The notes: generated by a model not told the origin, from the letters alone. 64,000 bases of DNA from Bythopirellula sp. (GCA_965216565.1 OZ244170.1:3776001-3840000); one strand, 5' to 3'. Counted from the stretch's first letter, positions 45,577-55,261 are shown. Translations and numbers: made by a program.

Positions 45577-47175
45577 TCATCCTGTTGATCCTGCCCATCC
45601 CGTCATCCCGTCATCCCGACTGTTTTTTTCTTGGTCCTTCGTGCCTTTGTGGTTCATCAAGAGAACCACCGCCAGCGAGATCAGCACCGCACCACCCGGT
45701 TCTGGCACTGCCGTGGTCGGGGACGACACGGCTCCCAATGGGCCCGTGTATTGCGTTTGCCAAGCGAGAAAATCGAGCCCGTCGCTGTCACTATCATCGT
45801 CCGCGTCCGCTAAGTCGTCGACAGCGTACGAAGTCTCCCAGCGCGTCAGGTCATCACCGTCCACATCGCCATCGGTATCGAAGTCGGCAGAGAATAACCC
45901 GCGCTCAATCGCACCCACATCAAACCCCGCCCCCACCGGTCGCGGCTTGCCTTCCAAATCGATCGCAGGCGCCGCCGTCGAGGTACCTGCATCGAGCCCC
46001 AGCGAAGTGGCCGTCAAATCGTAGTCGCCGGTGGTCCAATCAAAAAACAATTGATTCGGATCGCCCACTTGCGAGTTGCTGTCCTGCCCAGAAAACGACT
46101 GCCACTGATTGAGCGAAAGCACGGACGAAGCATCGTCCGCAGTAAACCGAGAAATCACAATGTTGTAGTCGCTGGTGAGTCCCGTCAGGCTGTCGGGCGA
46201 AATATCGAGCGCTCCGCGAAATGAATGTTCGTTCAAGAGAAAATTGTTATAGATGGTATTGCCGGTCGCGCCATCTCGGATGTTCAGCGCCCAACGGCCA
46301 TCGCTGGCAACGTGCACGGTGTTGTTCACCACGACATTGCCAGTCGAGGGTGCCCCGCCGTCGATTTGATAGAGCGAAATGCCACTCGCGTGCGTGTCGT
46401 AAATCAGATTATTTTGAATCCGCGAGTCGACCACGCCATCCATGTTGATGCCGCTGCCGCCGCCAACGCCGTTGTCGTAGATCACGTTGCCCTCAACAAG
46501 CGCCCCGCTAATCACACCATCGCCACCCAAGCTCGCGTCGCCATTCATGTGAATGCCATTGGCATTGTTGTTCCAAATCTCGTTGCCACGAATCACGGGG
46601 CGATCACCACTGTTGGAAACATAAATGCCGTGCTCGTCGTCGGCCCCAGTGGTGCGATTGTTTTCGATCAGTAGATCGTCGACGAACCCGGTAAAAATGC
46701 CCCAGCGAAAATTATCGACCGCCCACACATTGCGAATGGTCACATGCTCGCTGTGATTGCCCGCCCCACCGCCCACGGCACGAATTCCCGCTCGTGGCAT
46801 ATTGCTCACGTTAAAGCCGTCGACAATCACGTGCGACGTCCCTTCGAGGTTGATCCCATCGGGAGTCGATGCATTCTGCTGAACCACCAGCACGCCAGGC
46901 TCGGCGAAAAACTCAATGGGGTTACTTGGCGTCCCACTGGTGGTGAGATGAAAGCCGGTGTAGTTGCCTGCCCGTACAACAACCCGATCTCCCGGTCCCA
47001 CCTGCGTTGCCGCGTGTTGCAAGGTTTGCCAAGGCGCACTAGCCGAACCGGTGGCGCCGTTGCTGCCATTGGGATCGACATAGAACTCAACCGCCCAAGT
47101 GGGCACTGCCAAAAAAGAAATCGCCGCCATCGCGCAGCAAACAAATAAGAAATCCACTCTCTTTCCGCTGGCCAT
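45577..47175 (-). CDS. Right-handed beta-helix (pectate-lyase-like, DUF1565-type N-terminus) protein with dockerin-like module and PEP-CTERM
   Basis: FYVDPNGSNGATGSASAPWQTLQHAA, EHGIYVSNSGDRPVIRGN, DVGAIE, VPEPG. Confidence 0.88.
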   Translation of the reverse strand: MASGKRVDFLFVCCAMAAISFLAVPTWAVEFYVDPNGSNGATGSASAPWQTLQHAATQVGPGDRVVVRAGNYTGFHLTTSGTPSNPIEFFAEPGVLVVQQNASTPDGINLEGTSHVIVDGFNVSNMPRAGIRAVGGGAGNHSEHVTIRNVWAVDNFRWGIFTGFVDDLLIENNRTTGADDEHGIYVSNSGDRPVIRGNEIWNNNANGIHMNGDASLGGDGVISGALVEGNVIYDNGVGGGSGINMDGVVDSRIQNNLIYDTHASGISLYQIDGGAPSTGNVVVNNTVHVASDGRWALNIRDGATGNTIYNNFLLNEHSFRGALDISPDSLTGLTSDYNIVISRFTADDASSVLSLNQWQSFSGQDSNSQVGDPNQLFFDWTTGDYDLTATSLGLDAGTSTAAPAIDLEGKPRPVGAGFDVGAIERGLFSADFDTDGDVDGDDLTRWETSYAVDDLADADDDSDSDGLDFLAWQTQYTGPLGAVSSPTTAVPEPGGAVLISLAVVLLMNHKGTKDQEKNSRDDGMTGWAGSTG

Positions 47176-47453
47176 CGTGACCCTCCTCTGCTAGTTGTTC
47201 CGGTCGTCATTCTACAGAGTCGGCTCAGCCAAGATGAAGAGCGATTGCTTGGTTTCCGTGCGAGACCATCAGACAGCGTCTAGCGCGAAGTACTTGCGAA
47301 AATAGGCTGTAATCACTGAAAGAATTGCCATTGGCGGCACCTCGCGGCTACAATGCGGGCCGCAAGACAGGCAGTTTAAATCGCTCAGGGCTGCCAGCGT
47401 GTATTTGAGGGGCTCTATCACTAACTCAGACGTTAGTCTGAAAGGAACGACTC

Positions 47454-48071
47454 ATGAATCGGACACACATTCTATCCATTCTCATCGCTGCACTTCTCGC
47501 AGTAGCATCATCCCCCGCACTGGCAGACGTCGATGTCTCGCTAAATGTTTTCCCCAACGATTTCTCCGACCCCACCCAGGGCGGCTCCTGGCAACTTGTT
47601 GCCATCACCGATACGCCCCTCTCCGATGGCATCGTCGGTTTGGTGACACGCTTTGAAGACGGTACCATTCCAGCCGCCGGCAGCGTCAATCCCAACATCG
47701 GTGCTGATATATTTACAATCGGTACGTTTGCCGACCCCAATGGACCTGACTTTGTAGAGTTTGTTTATGGTCAGGCTTCGCCCTACGTTTTCGGTGTCGG
47801 CCAAATCACGAGCCCTTCAAACATTGGTCTCGATCCGCTGGGAGATCCCACCTGGAACTTCGCCTCGGAAATTGCCACCGGCACGATCCCCGATCTCACG
47901 ACAATTCCCGTCGAAATCCTCGCCGCAGGTAACGAAGTGTTCGAAACCATCAGTGGTGGCGTGCAAGCGGCAACCATTGACCAATTTGTCGTCCGCGTCC
48001 AGGTGCCCGAACCTTCAACCGCGTTGCTATTACTCGCAGGTTGTTGTGGAGTTGGTTTCCGACGCCGTTAA
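47454..48071 (+). CDS. Small PEP-CTERM surface protein
   Basis: Signal peptide; VPEPSTALLLLAGCCGVGFRRR; SD GAAAGGA. Confidence 0.88.
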   Translation: MNRTHILSILIAALLAVASSPALADVDVSLNVFPNDFSDPTQGGSWQLVAITDTPLSDGIVGLVTRFEDGTIPAAGSVNPNIGADIFTIGTFADPNGPDFVEFVYGQASPYVFGVGQITSPSNIGLDPLGDPTWNFASEIATGTIPDLTTIPVEILAAGNEVFETISGGVQAATIDQFVVRVQVPEPSTALLLLAGCCGVGFRRR

Positions 48072-48096
48072 TTCTAGGCACGATCCATTGATCCAT

Positions 48097-48119
48097 CCCC
48101 CGGCGGAGCCGGGGGCTAC
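48097..48119 (-). repeat. GTAG-type REP hairpin overlapping the transglutaminase stop codon
   Basis: Minus strand GTAGCCCCCGGCTCCGCCGGGGG. Confidence 0.75.
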
Positions 48120-49591
48120 TTTGTTGCGCCGGCAGGTTCGACCTCGAAGTTGAACGACCACCGCCACTCGTCGAAATAAAGATTGTGGCCGTCGATCTCC
48201 ACTTCGCCGCGCTGAAAATCGTTGGGCTCGCTGCGGAAACTCGTTTTCGGTGGCGACAATTCTCGGCCGTAGTCGAGATTCACAATCAACCGGTACGGAT
48301 CCATCCGCCCGCACAAGAATTCCTGCACCCTCGGATCTTCGTGCTGCTGCATGCCATAAGACGCATCCACCGGCAACCAGCCCCACGGTTCGATGTACAT
48401 CTCCGACCAATCGTGCATGTTCCAATCGCCCGGTTTGGTTTGCCAACCCGACTGCCATCGCGCCGGTACCCCTGCCGCCCGGCAGAGCGTGACAAACGTT
48501 AACCCCTGCACCCCGCAATCGCCGCGCCGCGCTGCCAGCCCTTTTGCCGACAAGTTGCGAATGGTGCTGTACTCCATCTCCGCACACCAGGGCACATTGG
48601 CCGACACCCAGCGAAAGATCCGCCGTGCCTTTTCCAAAGGATTCGTCTCGTCGCCCACAATCTCCGCCGTCAGCGAGCGCACCTCGGGCGTGAACACGAT
48701 GTGCGGCGCCCGCTCGGCGGTGTGCTCTCGATAGACCACACTCGTCGTGTCGTACTCTTCCACCAAAGCGGGGTCCAGCTTGGGGCAATACGCACTGGTG
48801 ACAAATTCATACTCCACTTCAAACTGCTGCGGCTTGTCGGCATCCTCAACCGTTTGCTCAAAATAAACCGTCCGATGCGGTACTCCATTCTCCGCCACCA
48901 ACGTCGGCTTGGGCGTCGCGCTCAATAGTTTTACATCGCGCTGCTGACGATACTCTTGTGGAAACGGCAACCAGACCCGCACCCACGCGCCTTGCTTAAC
49001 GCGAGGATGATCCCCGGCAATCGTCACGCCGTACTTCACGCGGTGATGAATCGGGGAAACCTCCGGATCGTCGGATTTTTCCGCCAACTCGACGAGTTGC
49101 TGCAATTCCCCTGGCAGATTGAAATTGTCCTCGCCAGGCTTATGTTGCCCCGCCGCAGCCCGTCGTTGTTTTGCGTCGTCGCTAAACCGAAATAACGTCC
49201 CCACGGCTCGACGGAAGTATTTCACCTCGCCGTCAATCACCCGGCCTTGCAAGTCGCCCTCGGCATACCAACGTTCGACATCCTCCAGCGTCGCATCAGG
49301 AATACTCTTTTGAATCTCCGCCAGCACCTCCGCGGCAGTCAGTGAAAAGTCGTGACGAATCCGCCGCAGGATCTCCCGTTCAATCGCCGCCGGTTCGGTG
49401 ACCGGCGCCTCAAGATCGTCTATCTCACGGGCCAACGCCGCTTCAGCTTTGGCAAACTCGCCCTTTTCAATCAAAGCTTGCACCTGCGACTCCTGCCCGC
49501 CCATGGCCGCTCCCACCCAAACGGCGGGTCCTAAAAAGAAGCCCACTACAAAAACTTGTCCCCAGAAACTGTAATCGCGCATTTTACACAT
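48116..49591 (-). CDS. Secreted transglutaminase-like (Cys-His-Asp) protein
   Basis: RRGDCGVQGLTFVTLCRAAGVPAR, MHDWSE, GWLPVD. Confidence 0.88.
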   Translation of the reverse strand: MCKMRDYSFWGQVFVVGFFLGPAVWVGAAMGGQESQVQALIEKGEFAKAEAALAREIDDLEAPVTEPAAIEREILRRIRHDFSLTAAEVLAEIQKSIPDATLEDVERWYAEGDLQGRVIDGEVKYFRRAVGTLFRFSDDAKQRRAAAGQHKPGEDNFNLPGELQQLVELAEKSDDPEVSPIHHRVKYGVTIAGDHPRVKQGAWVRVWLPFPQEYRQQRDVKLLSATPKPTLVAENGVPHRTVYFEQTVEDADKPQQFEVEYEFVTSAYCPKLDPALVEEYDTTSVVYREHTAERAPHIVFTPEVRSLTAEIVGDETNPLEKARRIFRWVSANVPWCAEMEYSTIRNLSAKGLAARRGDCGVQGLTFVTLCRAAGVPARWQSGWQTKPGDWNMHDWSEMYIEPWGWLPVDASYGMQQHEDPRVQEFLCGRMDPYRLIVNLDYGRELSPPKTSFRSEPNDFQRGEVEIDGHNLYFDEWRWSFNFEVEPAGATK

Positions 49592-49788
49592 GGCCTCGCG
49601 TTGTGATTATTGTAATAGCCTGGCAAAAAGATTGTATTTGACTTCTCAATGGGTCTGCAAATCGATTGCTTTTTGTCGGAACTCTTAGTGCTTGCTCGTA
49701 CTCTAACTGATTGCCCAGAGGTTGGCTTGCAAATGCGGCCTTAGAAACCTGTCTGACACTCTTTGTCTGGACCAGAAAGCAAAACACG

Positions 49789-50154
49789 ATGCGACCAAAT
49801 CAGCTCAACAAACTGAGAATTGGCAAACGCGATTTACTTGTGTTCATCATTGGGCTGTCAGCCGGCATCGTGCTAGGCCTGGGATCGACTCGATGGCGTG
49901 CTAGTCCTGTTTACAATCTCGTTCCCCATGATGTAGTCATCGTTCGTGGTATGAGCCTACTTCCAAACGCTTCAGCTCAGGAGACTTATACAGTAAACCC
50001 GGACGGGCGGATTGATTTTGGTCCAATCTATGGGAAGGTGCCAGTAGCTGGACTGACAATTGATCAGGCTGAGGTAGCTGTGCAAGACGCAATAGAAGCT
50101 AAGGATCCAAAAGCTGACTTGTACCTATCGATCTTATCAACGGTAGAAAAGTAG
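49789..50154 (+). CDS. Polysaccharide biosynthesis/export (Wza N-terminal-like) domain membrane protein
   Basis: YTVNPDGRIDFGPIYGKVPVAGLTIDQAE after a TM helix. Confidence 0.8.
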   Translation: MRPNQLNKLRIGKRDLLVFIIGLSAGIVLGLGSTRWRASPVYNLVPHDVVIVRGMSLLPNASAQETYTVNPDGRIDFGPIYGKVPVAGLTIDQAEVAVQDAIEAKDPKADLYLSILSTVEK

Positions 50155-50280
50155 GAGGTCAACTCTATGTGAATCGATGGCCTCGCCATAGGCTACGTTG
50201 AGTAAGCCCTTCGGACAATCAACCAATTTGTCTCCCCTCCGTGTCCTCTGCGTCCTTCTGTAATAATCTTCCCGCCCAGT

Positions 50281-50318
50281 AAAAAACGCCGCAAACTCCC
50301 GGGGGAACCTGCGGCGTC
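50281..50318 (-). terminator. Rho-independent terminator of the sigma factor gene
   Basis: ACGCCGCAG..CCC..GGGAGTTTGCGGCGT followed by TTTTT. Confidence 0.75.
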
Positions 50319-50346
50319 TCGTCCGATTTTCGTTTGCTAGTCTCGC

Positions 50347-52011
50347 TTAAATATCCAAAGCGATCTTCTCTTCCTGAGCAGCCAAACGCAGTTTGTTCAG
50401 CGCCCGGGCTTCGATCTGGCGGATGCGTTCCTTCGTCACGCCCAATTCCGCGCCGACTTCCTTCAAAGTCAGCGGCTCGCGGGCATGATCCAGGCCAAAG
50501 CGTCCGATGATGATCTTCTGCTCGCGCTCGTCCAGCCGACGCAGGATGCGTTGCACCTTCGACAGCCGATCGGCTTGCAGCGTCTCTTCAATCATCGGGT
50601 TGCCACGACCCTCTTCGGTGGAACTGAACAGCTCGTCGTGACTCGTACGGAAACGATCGCGTTGACGATACTCGCTCGGAATCGTGCGGGCAAAGTTCTT
50701 CATGATCGCCCAACTGGCGTACGTGCTGAACTTGTTGCCGCGGGCAAAATCGAACTTCTCCACCGCTCGCAGCAGCGACAAGTTGCCGTCGCTCACCAGC
50801 TCGAAGAAATTCTGGTCCGGCGACACATGCCGCTTGGCAATCGAAACCACCAACCGCAGGTTCGCACGCGCGATTTGGTTCTTCATGTTGACGATCTGCT
50901 CGTACAACTCTTCGATCTCGTCCATCACCGCCGCTTTGGGATTCTCAAAATCGAGCGTTTCCCGCAATCGGCTAGCCTTGAACTTCAGGTAGTTGTACTT
51001 ACGGAACAAGTGCTGCTCCTGCTCTTTGTTCAACAGCGGAATCTCATACAAGCTCGCCAAGTACGGCGGTAATCCCGAAGGTCGGCGCGGCTTACGCGTC
51101 GGCTTCTCGGCCTCAGGCATGGGGCCTAGGCAAGCCTTGTCGGCACCCTTGCGAGCAAACCGCGGGTTGGGCATGAACTCAAGCTGCAGATCGGCAATCC
51201 GCTCCGCACGCATCTCGTTCACAATCCGATAGATGGTAGTTTTCGTCCGGTTGTAATCGCGGCAAAGCCGTTCGACAGACAGACCGCGACGGAACGCGCG
51301 GAAGATATTCTTCTTCTGCACTTCGTTCAGAGGACCGCCACCCGCAGGGAACAACGCATCCTCGGGGTTATCGATATCGTGCTGACGCAGAGCGGTTCGT
51401 ACCGTCTCGACGCTACGACCGGTGCGCTCAGCAAGCTGTCGGGCAATCTCGGCTTGGGTATGACCCATGTTGGCCATTTGCCGGGCCCGGTCGATAAACT
51501 CGTCGCGTTGCTCGTCAGTTAATTGACTAAATCGCGCTCCGCGCTCCACACGCTCGGCATTGTTCTTCACAAACCGATCGACGCTACTGCGCAGAAAACC
51601 GACACGCTTGCGACCATCGAAAACCAATCGACGGCTTACCAAACCGAGGGCTCGCCACCGGGAGATCGTCTTGGTCGAAACGTTGAACTGCTTAGCTAGC
51701 TCTTCGACGGTAAAGACTTGTTCGCCAACGGTATCGGCACTCAAGTCGGCCGAGTCCGAAAGATCCTCGACAAACAATCGCAGGTCGTGGACCAGGTCGC
51801 TACCAGGAATACGGCGATTCCCCGCTTGCGGCAGGGGCTCGCCTGCAATGTGTGGCAAGACCTCGCCGGCCGGATAGTTTCCGTCGTTTTCGATTTTACC
51901 GATGAGTTGCTCAGCGGCATTAATTTGTGAAAGGGCCGACTCCCGGGTCAGCTGTTGCTGCTGCCGGTCGCGGAGCCATTTCAGCAATGGACTTTTATAA
52001 TCTTGATGCAT
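50347..52011 (-). CDS. Sigma-70 family (RpoD-like r2/r4) factor with N-terminal HTH domains
   Basis: ANLRLVVSIAK, AVEKFDFARGNKFSTYASW, TLKEVGAELGVTKERIRQIE. Confidence 0.92.
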   Translation of the reverse strand: MHQDYKSPLLKWLRDRQQQQLTRESALSQINAAEQLIGKIENDGNYPAGEVLPHIAGEPLPQAGNRRIPGSDLVHDLRLFVEDLSDSADLSADTVGEQVFTVEELAKQFNVSTKTISRWRALGLVSRRLVFDGRKRVGFLRSSVDRFVKNNAERVERGARFSQLTDEQRDEFIDRARQMANMGHTQAEIARQLAERTGRSVETVRTALRQHDIDNPEDALFPAGGGPLNEVQKKNIFRAFRRGLSVERLCRDYNRTKTTIYRIVNEMRAERIADLQLEFMPNPRFARKGADKACLGPMPEAEKPTRKPRRPSGLPPYLASLYEIPLLNKEQEQHLFRKYNYLKFKASRLRETLDFENPKAAVMDEIEELYEQIVNMKNQIARANLRLVVSIAKRHVSPDQNFFELVSDGNLSLLRAVEKFDFARGNKFSTYASWAIMKNFARTIPSEYRQRDRFRTSHDELFSSTEEGRGNPMIEETLQADRLSKVQRILRRLDEREQKIIIGRFGLDHAREPLTLKEVGAELGVTKERIRQIEARALNKLRLAAQEEKIALDI

Positions 52012-52180
52012 GTTCCACCTCTTCTCGTCTGGGTGCCTCTAGTCTGTCGAAGATCTGTTAGTGGAATTCCTTGCGATACGTGTCGCCCACCTCGTTCGAT
52101 TTCTTCTCTCTATCTACCTCTGTAGATTTCCAATCTGTAGTGCCAAGTGCCTCCTGCTTCTCTACTTACTAATCAATTGC

Positions 52181-52280
52181 GGAATCAAGGAAAGATAACT
52201 TCTCCAAAATCCCTCGCCCCCATGGGGAGAGGCTAGGTGAGGGGACTCTATAAATACGGAAGTTATCTTTCCTCGATTCC
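52181..52280. mobile_element. 100-bp MITE-like element with 22-bp terminal inverted repeats
   Basis: GGAATCAAGGAAAGATAACTTC ... GAAGTTATCTTTCCTCGATTCC (21/22), with an internal CCCTC...GAGGGG hairpin. Confidence 0.65.
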
Positions 52281-52681
52281 TTAGTTCGTGCTGCCTCAAA
52301 TATGTCGCACGAACTGGCGTTTTCCTTACGCCAAATCTGCTATCTGCTAAGGGTTGGGTAAGCCCGGAAAAGCCTGCCGCGGTCGACTTGACTGCGGTGC
52401 CGTCGCTGCTATCAGCAACTTGGGTCTAAAGGTTGTACGCAGATTAGTAGCTATGGGTCGATAGAAAGTTCGCCCTCTAGAAACCTTCTACGCAAGTATA
52501 CCACTCAAACTATCTCCCTAACCGCTTATTGCACAAGCACTTAACGAGATTTCTCTGAAATCGTCCAAATTTGTCCTGCATAAAACACCTAGAACGCCAA
52601 AGCCATCGGGAAATCCCTGACAGCCCCCGCCCCGCGACAGCGGAAAATACGCTGAACTGTCTAGCCCGTGGGCGTCGATTT

Positions 52682-52760
52682 GAGAGTTTAGAGAGGAGAG
52701 TCAAGAGTCCAGAGACTCCTAGCTCTTCTCTCTGGACTCTCGACTCTCCTCTCTCAACTC
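52682..52760. repeat. Inverted heptamer array (AGAGTCR type)
   Basis: GAGAGGAGAGTCAAGAGTCCAGAGA ... TCTCTGGACTCTCGACTCTCCTCTC. Confidence 0.85.
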
Positions 52761-52774
52761 GCCAGGACCAACCG

Positions 52775-54148
52775 ATGCGAATACTCGCCGCCCTCAATGC
52801 ATTCGCCTTTGCCTTCGTAATCTTGGGGACCTGCTCCATAAAGCTGGCCGTGGCTGGATTCGTTCTGGAAGCCAACCCCGATACCAAAGCCACCACCACC
52901 GTGAACATCTCGCTGGAGGCGGGTGGCAATTTCATCAGCACCGAAGAAGGGCAAACCGTTTCGCAACCGATGAACGTCGCCGCCCAGTTTGCGTACCACG
53001 AACGAATGGTAGCCTGGTCGGCCGATTCCAAAGCCGTGGCTCGCTCCGTCCGTCAATACGATACGGCCTCGGCCACCATCAAATACACCGACCACCAGTT
53101 GCAACCCACGCTGCCAGAAAACACGGGCCCGATCGTCGCAGAAATCCGCGGCGGTTACCTGGCCTTGAACTCGGTAGGTGGTAATCTCAATCGCAAGCAA
53201 TTCGATTTGGTAAATGTCAGCGGCGATTCGCTCGCACTCGACCGACTGCTGCCTGGCAAAGAAGTGGCCGAAGGTGAAAACTGGTCGCACGATACCGCCA
53301 CCATCGCCCCGCTTTTGGGAATGGACCACGTGGCCGTCTGCGAAGTCAGCAGCGTGGTCACCGGCGAGTCGCAGAAGCAGGTACAAATTCGCATGGCGGG
53401 GACCGTCCACGGTACGATCGACGGAGCACCCACCGAAATTGAGCTTCGTGGTGCCTACCTGTTTCATCAAGGACAGAAACGAATCACGAAGTTCAACCTG
53501 GCCATCAAAGAAAACCGCTCCGCCGGCGAAGTGGTCCCGGGCCTCGACACCGTGGCGCAACTCCGCATCACGCTGCAGCCCGCTTCCAAACGGCATCGGA
53601 TCGACGACCGACTTGTCAACCAAGTTAGCGATCTCGCCAAACCCGTTTCGCATGGATTGCTGTTCGAGAGCGAAAAGTTTGGCTTTCGACTCCTCCACGA
53701 TGTGGCCTGGTACATCACCGGCGAGCAAAGCGATCTCGTGTCGTTCCGCCATCTGCAAGAAGGCCGACTCACCGCCCACTGCAATATCTCCAGCCTGCCC
53801 GCGCGGAGCGAAGGACGCGCGACGACGTTGGAAGAATTTGAACGCGACGTCCGCGCTTCGATCGGTGACAACTTGAAGAAAGTGACCGCCAGCCGCGAGT
53901 GGACAACCGCCCAACAAAACTCTTGCCTAGGCGTGGTGGCCACCGGCGAAGTCGAAGGCGTCGCCGTCCAGTGGCGTTACTATCTGATCGCCTCGCCCAA
54001 CAAGCCCCGCGTCTCGCTCGCCGTCACCGTAGAAGATTCGCTGGCAGAAACCTTCGCCGACGCCGACCGCCAACTAGTCGATGGCCTGGTGCTAGGCACC
54101 GACACGCCCCTAGAAACTGCACGCCGCCGCTCGCGGACTGCCCGCTAG
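52775..54148 (+). CDS. Secreted hypothetical protein
   Basis: Start moved to ATG 52775 (signal peptide MRILAALNAFAFAFVIL, SD CAGGA); host-like codon usage. Confidence 0.8.
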   Translation: MRILAALNAFAFAFVILGTCSIKLAVAGFVLEANPDTKATTTVNISLEAGGNFISTEEGQTVSQPMNVAAQFAYHERMVAWSADSKAVARSVRQYDTASATIKYTDHQLQPTLPENTGPIVAEIRGGYLALNSVGGNLNRKQFDLVNVSGDSLALDRLLPGKEVAEGENWSHDTATIAPLLGMDHVAVCEVSSVVTGESQKQVQIRMAGTVHGTIDGAPTEIELRGAYLFHQGQKRITKFNLAIKENRSAGEVVPGLDTVAQLRITLQPASKRHRIDDRLVNQVSDLAKPVSHGLLFESEKFGFRLLHDVAWYITGEQSDLVSFRHLQEGRLTAHCNISSLPARSEGRATTLEEFERDVRASIGDNLKKVTASREWTTAQQNSCLGVVATGEVEGVAVQWRYYLIASPNKPRVSLAVTVEDSLAETFADADRQLVDGLVLGTDTPLETARRRSRTAR

Positions 54149-54152
54149 AATA

Positions 54153-54184
54153 GGTGGGCTGACGCTTCGCATTGCCCACGCTAC
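54153..54184 (-). repeat. GTAG-type REP
   Basis: Minus strand GTAGCGTGGGCAATGCGAAGCGTCAGCCCACC. Confidence 0.75.
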
Positions 54185-54319
54185 ACACTAGGGCCGCGCT
54201 ATGCCAGGTTAGCGCCAGCCTACCTGGGTCGCGCAGCGACAAGAGGCCATCAGCGTGCTAGGTAGAGTGCGTAATAATCACAAAGTATCTGCGGTGGTTC
54301 ATACCGACGCTGTTTTGAG

Positions 54320-55051
54320 TCAGGCAACTTTGACCGCCCCAAACGCTGCAAAGCAAGAGTTCTTATGCAGTAGTTCGACTTGGCTAAAGCCGACGCTTCG
54401 GAGCAATTCGAGTTGGTAGGTTACCGGCCTCGGCGAATCTTCACGGTCAATATATTCGAACACTTTGTCTCGATAGGTGGAGTCCTTCAACGTTACGAGG
54501 TATTCTCCATAGCGACTCCACATCATTTCTTGAACAGCTTCCGTTTCGTGCATTACCAAGTCGGTAATCCAAACACTTCCGCCGGGACGAAGTAGACGAT
54601 AAAACTTGGAGAAAACGTTTCGCCAGTCTTCATCATCACGTAAGTGATGAAGAACGGCGGCGGCAAGAATTACATCGTAATCACAGTCACGCAAGCTGGC
54701 CTCCCTGAAGTCGGATGCAATGGGTTTGATCATTCCCTCATTCACAGCACTTACGCGTTCAATTGCTCGATTTAGCATGGGCTCGCTTAGGTCGACCAAA
54801 TCTACTGAAAAACCATTTCCGAGTGCCTTTCGTAGTTGGATTGTATTGTTGCCAGCCCCACAGCCAATATCCAACACTCTATCTATTGGGGACGTTGCGG
54901 CAACTGCCGCTGCTGTAATCAAATCCATCACAAGAGGAGCGTCGATTGTTGCTGATTGTCCAGTCTCAAGGTTAGAAAACCGTTCAACATCGTTGTCGAA
55001 CCGTTCTCTGATTTCTGTTGTGGTCGATTTCTTGTCTAACGGAGTAGGCAC
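54320..55051 (-). CDS. Class I SAM-dependent methyltransferase (CmoA-like)
   Basis: VLDIGCGAGN, DLSEPML, VLHHL, LRPGG; start likely GTG 55051 (the ORF extends to 55093). Confidence 0.88.
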   Translation of the reverse strand: MPTPLDKKSTTTEIRERFDNDVERFSNLETGQSATIDAPLVMDLITAAAVAATSPIDRVLDIGCGAGNNTIQLRKALGNGFSVDLVDLSEPMLNRAIERVSAVNEGMIKPIASDFREASLRDCDYDVILAAAVLHHLRDDEDWRNVFSKFYRLLRPGGSVWITDLVMHETEAVQEMMWSRYGEYLVTLKDSTYRDKVFEYIDREDSPRPVTYQLELLRSVGFSQVELLHKNSCFAAFGAVKVA

Positions 55052-55261
55052 AAATACCCTTCCAAGTAGCCAATTGCGGTATACAGCTCTCAAAGAATAG
55101 CAGTTTGATATCGGTTTAGACAGACGGTGATACCAGAGGGTTCGTTACGGACATCCTCTATCACCTACCGTGAAATAGCCTGGTGAACGTCAGACATACC
55201 CGTAGCCCTTGATCACTCTGCTGAGTATTTACGGCACGCGGTCACCAGAGCCTCAATAGAT

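Noticed and set aside
52571..52774. N-terminal 68 codons of the 525-aa ORF
   Set aside because: Translates a heptamer repeat; the real start with SD and signal peptide is at 52775.
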